A stretch of DNA of 64,000 bases, taken from positions 239,856-303,855 of the forward strand of contig NMRA01000246.1 in assembly GCA_002633005.1 (NCBI GenBank), written 5' to 3'. This stretch comes from Phoronis australis (lineage: Eukaryota > Animalia > Phoronida). The notes under the pieces are model-generated. The model made no database searches, had not been told where the DNA came from, and saw nothing but the letters and a program-made list of their open reading frames with translations. Both the position numbers and the translations under genes were made by a program. Of this stretch, positions 63,381 through 64,000 are shown one piece after another (position 1 is the stretch's first letter; each line of letters opens with the position of its first letter).

Positions 63381-64000
63381 TTGAAGCAGCTGTAAACTGC
63401 CGTCCATCACAAACCGTACATTTTCACTTAACGTTAGGAAATCGGTCTCAAATCGATCCCTGAATACATGTGTGTTACAGAGGCAATGTCAAGACTTCTA
63501 AAGAACTATTAATTCGTTATTGCTCGAGACGAAGCTCCATAAACTGGCTCGTCACAACGATGTGTCATTTTATGCGCCGATTATGGTCTCAAGGGATAAC
63601 TGTGCAGACCCAGAACACATTTCTAGAGGGAAAATTTAATACAGCATTTCGTTTAAATCAAATGCTCGCTTCTTGGAGAATTCAAGAAGCTTCAGCGTAA
63701 TCTATAGCGACACATATATGAGTATTCTTTGCCATGTTCACAAGAGTCTCTATCCAAGCCTGTACGTTTTACATAAAAGCTTGGCACATACTAAGTTATG
63801 CTTGTTTTTATCCCACCAACAATTTAATAAGGTCGTGATTTGTTTGGATTAATTATGAATCAAATCCGCCTTTTAAGACACTTTAATCTGATATGGTTGA
63901 TAACAATCGTCATGAACATTTAAACAGATGTCTGCAATAGACGTTTTACATTGCACGCCCAGAGAAGGAGGAATCTGTGCGTAATTTTTATCATTTTTGT

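Overview
This is AT-rich, intron-containing animal genomic DNA, most likely a marine invertebrate; the species cannot be determined from the window. By reading GT-AG boundaries and checking phases I reconstructed six spliced genes. (1-2) Two tandem, diverged TK2/deoxyribonucleoside-kinase (dNK) family genes on + (808-7679 and ~15190-21269). (3) FAM227A-like FWWh-domain gene on - (41760-23851). (4) Chibby/CBY1 on + (43163-44404), head-to-head with FAM227A. (5) DNAL4 on + (50656-53257). (6) A secreted S1 serine protease on - (61357-54154). Introns and intergenic DNA carry several MITE families and decayed Gypsy, DIRS-like and LINE fragments. Three observations stand out. Both dNK paralogs have a remodelled nucleobase pocket (near-invariant Gln changed to Asn/Glu, Met to Arg, Met to Glu/Asp) while keeping the catalytic residues. 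FAM227A-CBY1-DNAL4 form a compact cilia-gene cluster with RFX-like boxes that mirrors human 22q13.1 linkage as I recall it. The protease has Gln at oxyanion-hole position 193, Ser215 and a Tyr-|-VVGG activation site. All reference-protein comparisons are from memory; no searches were run.
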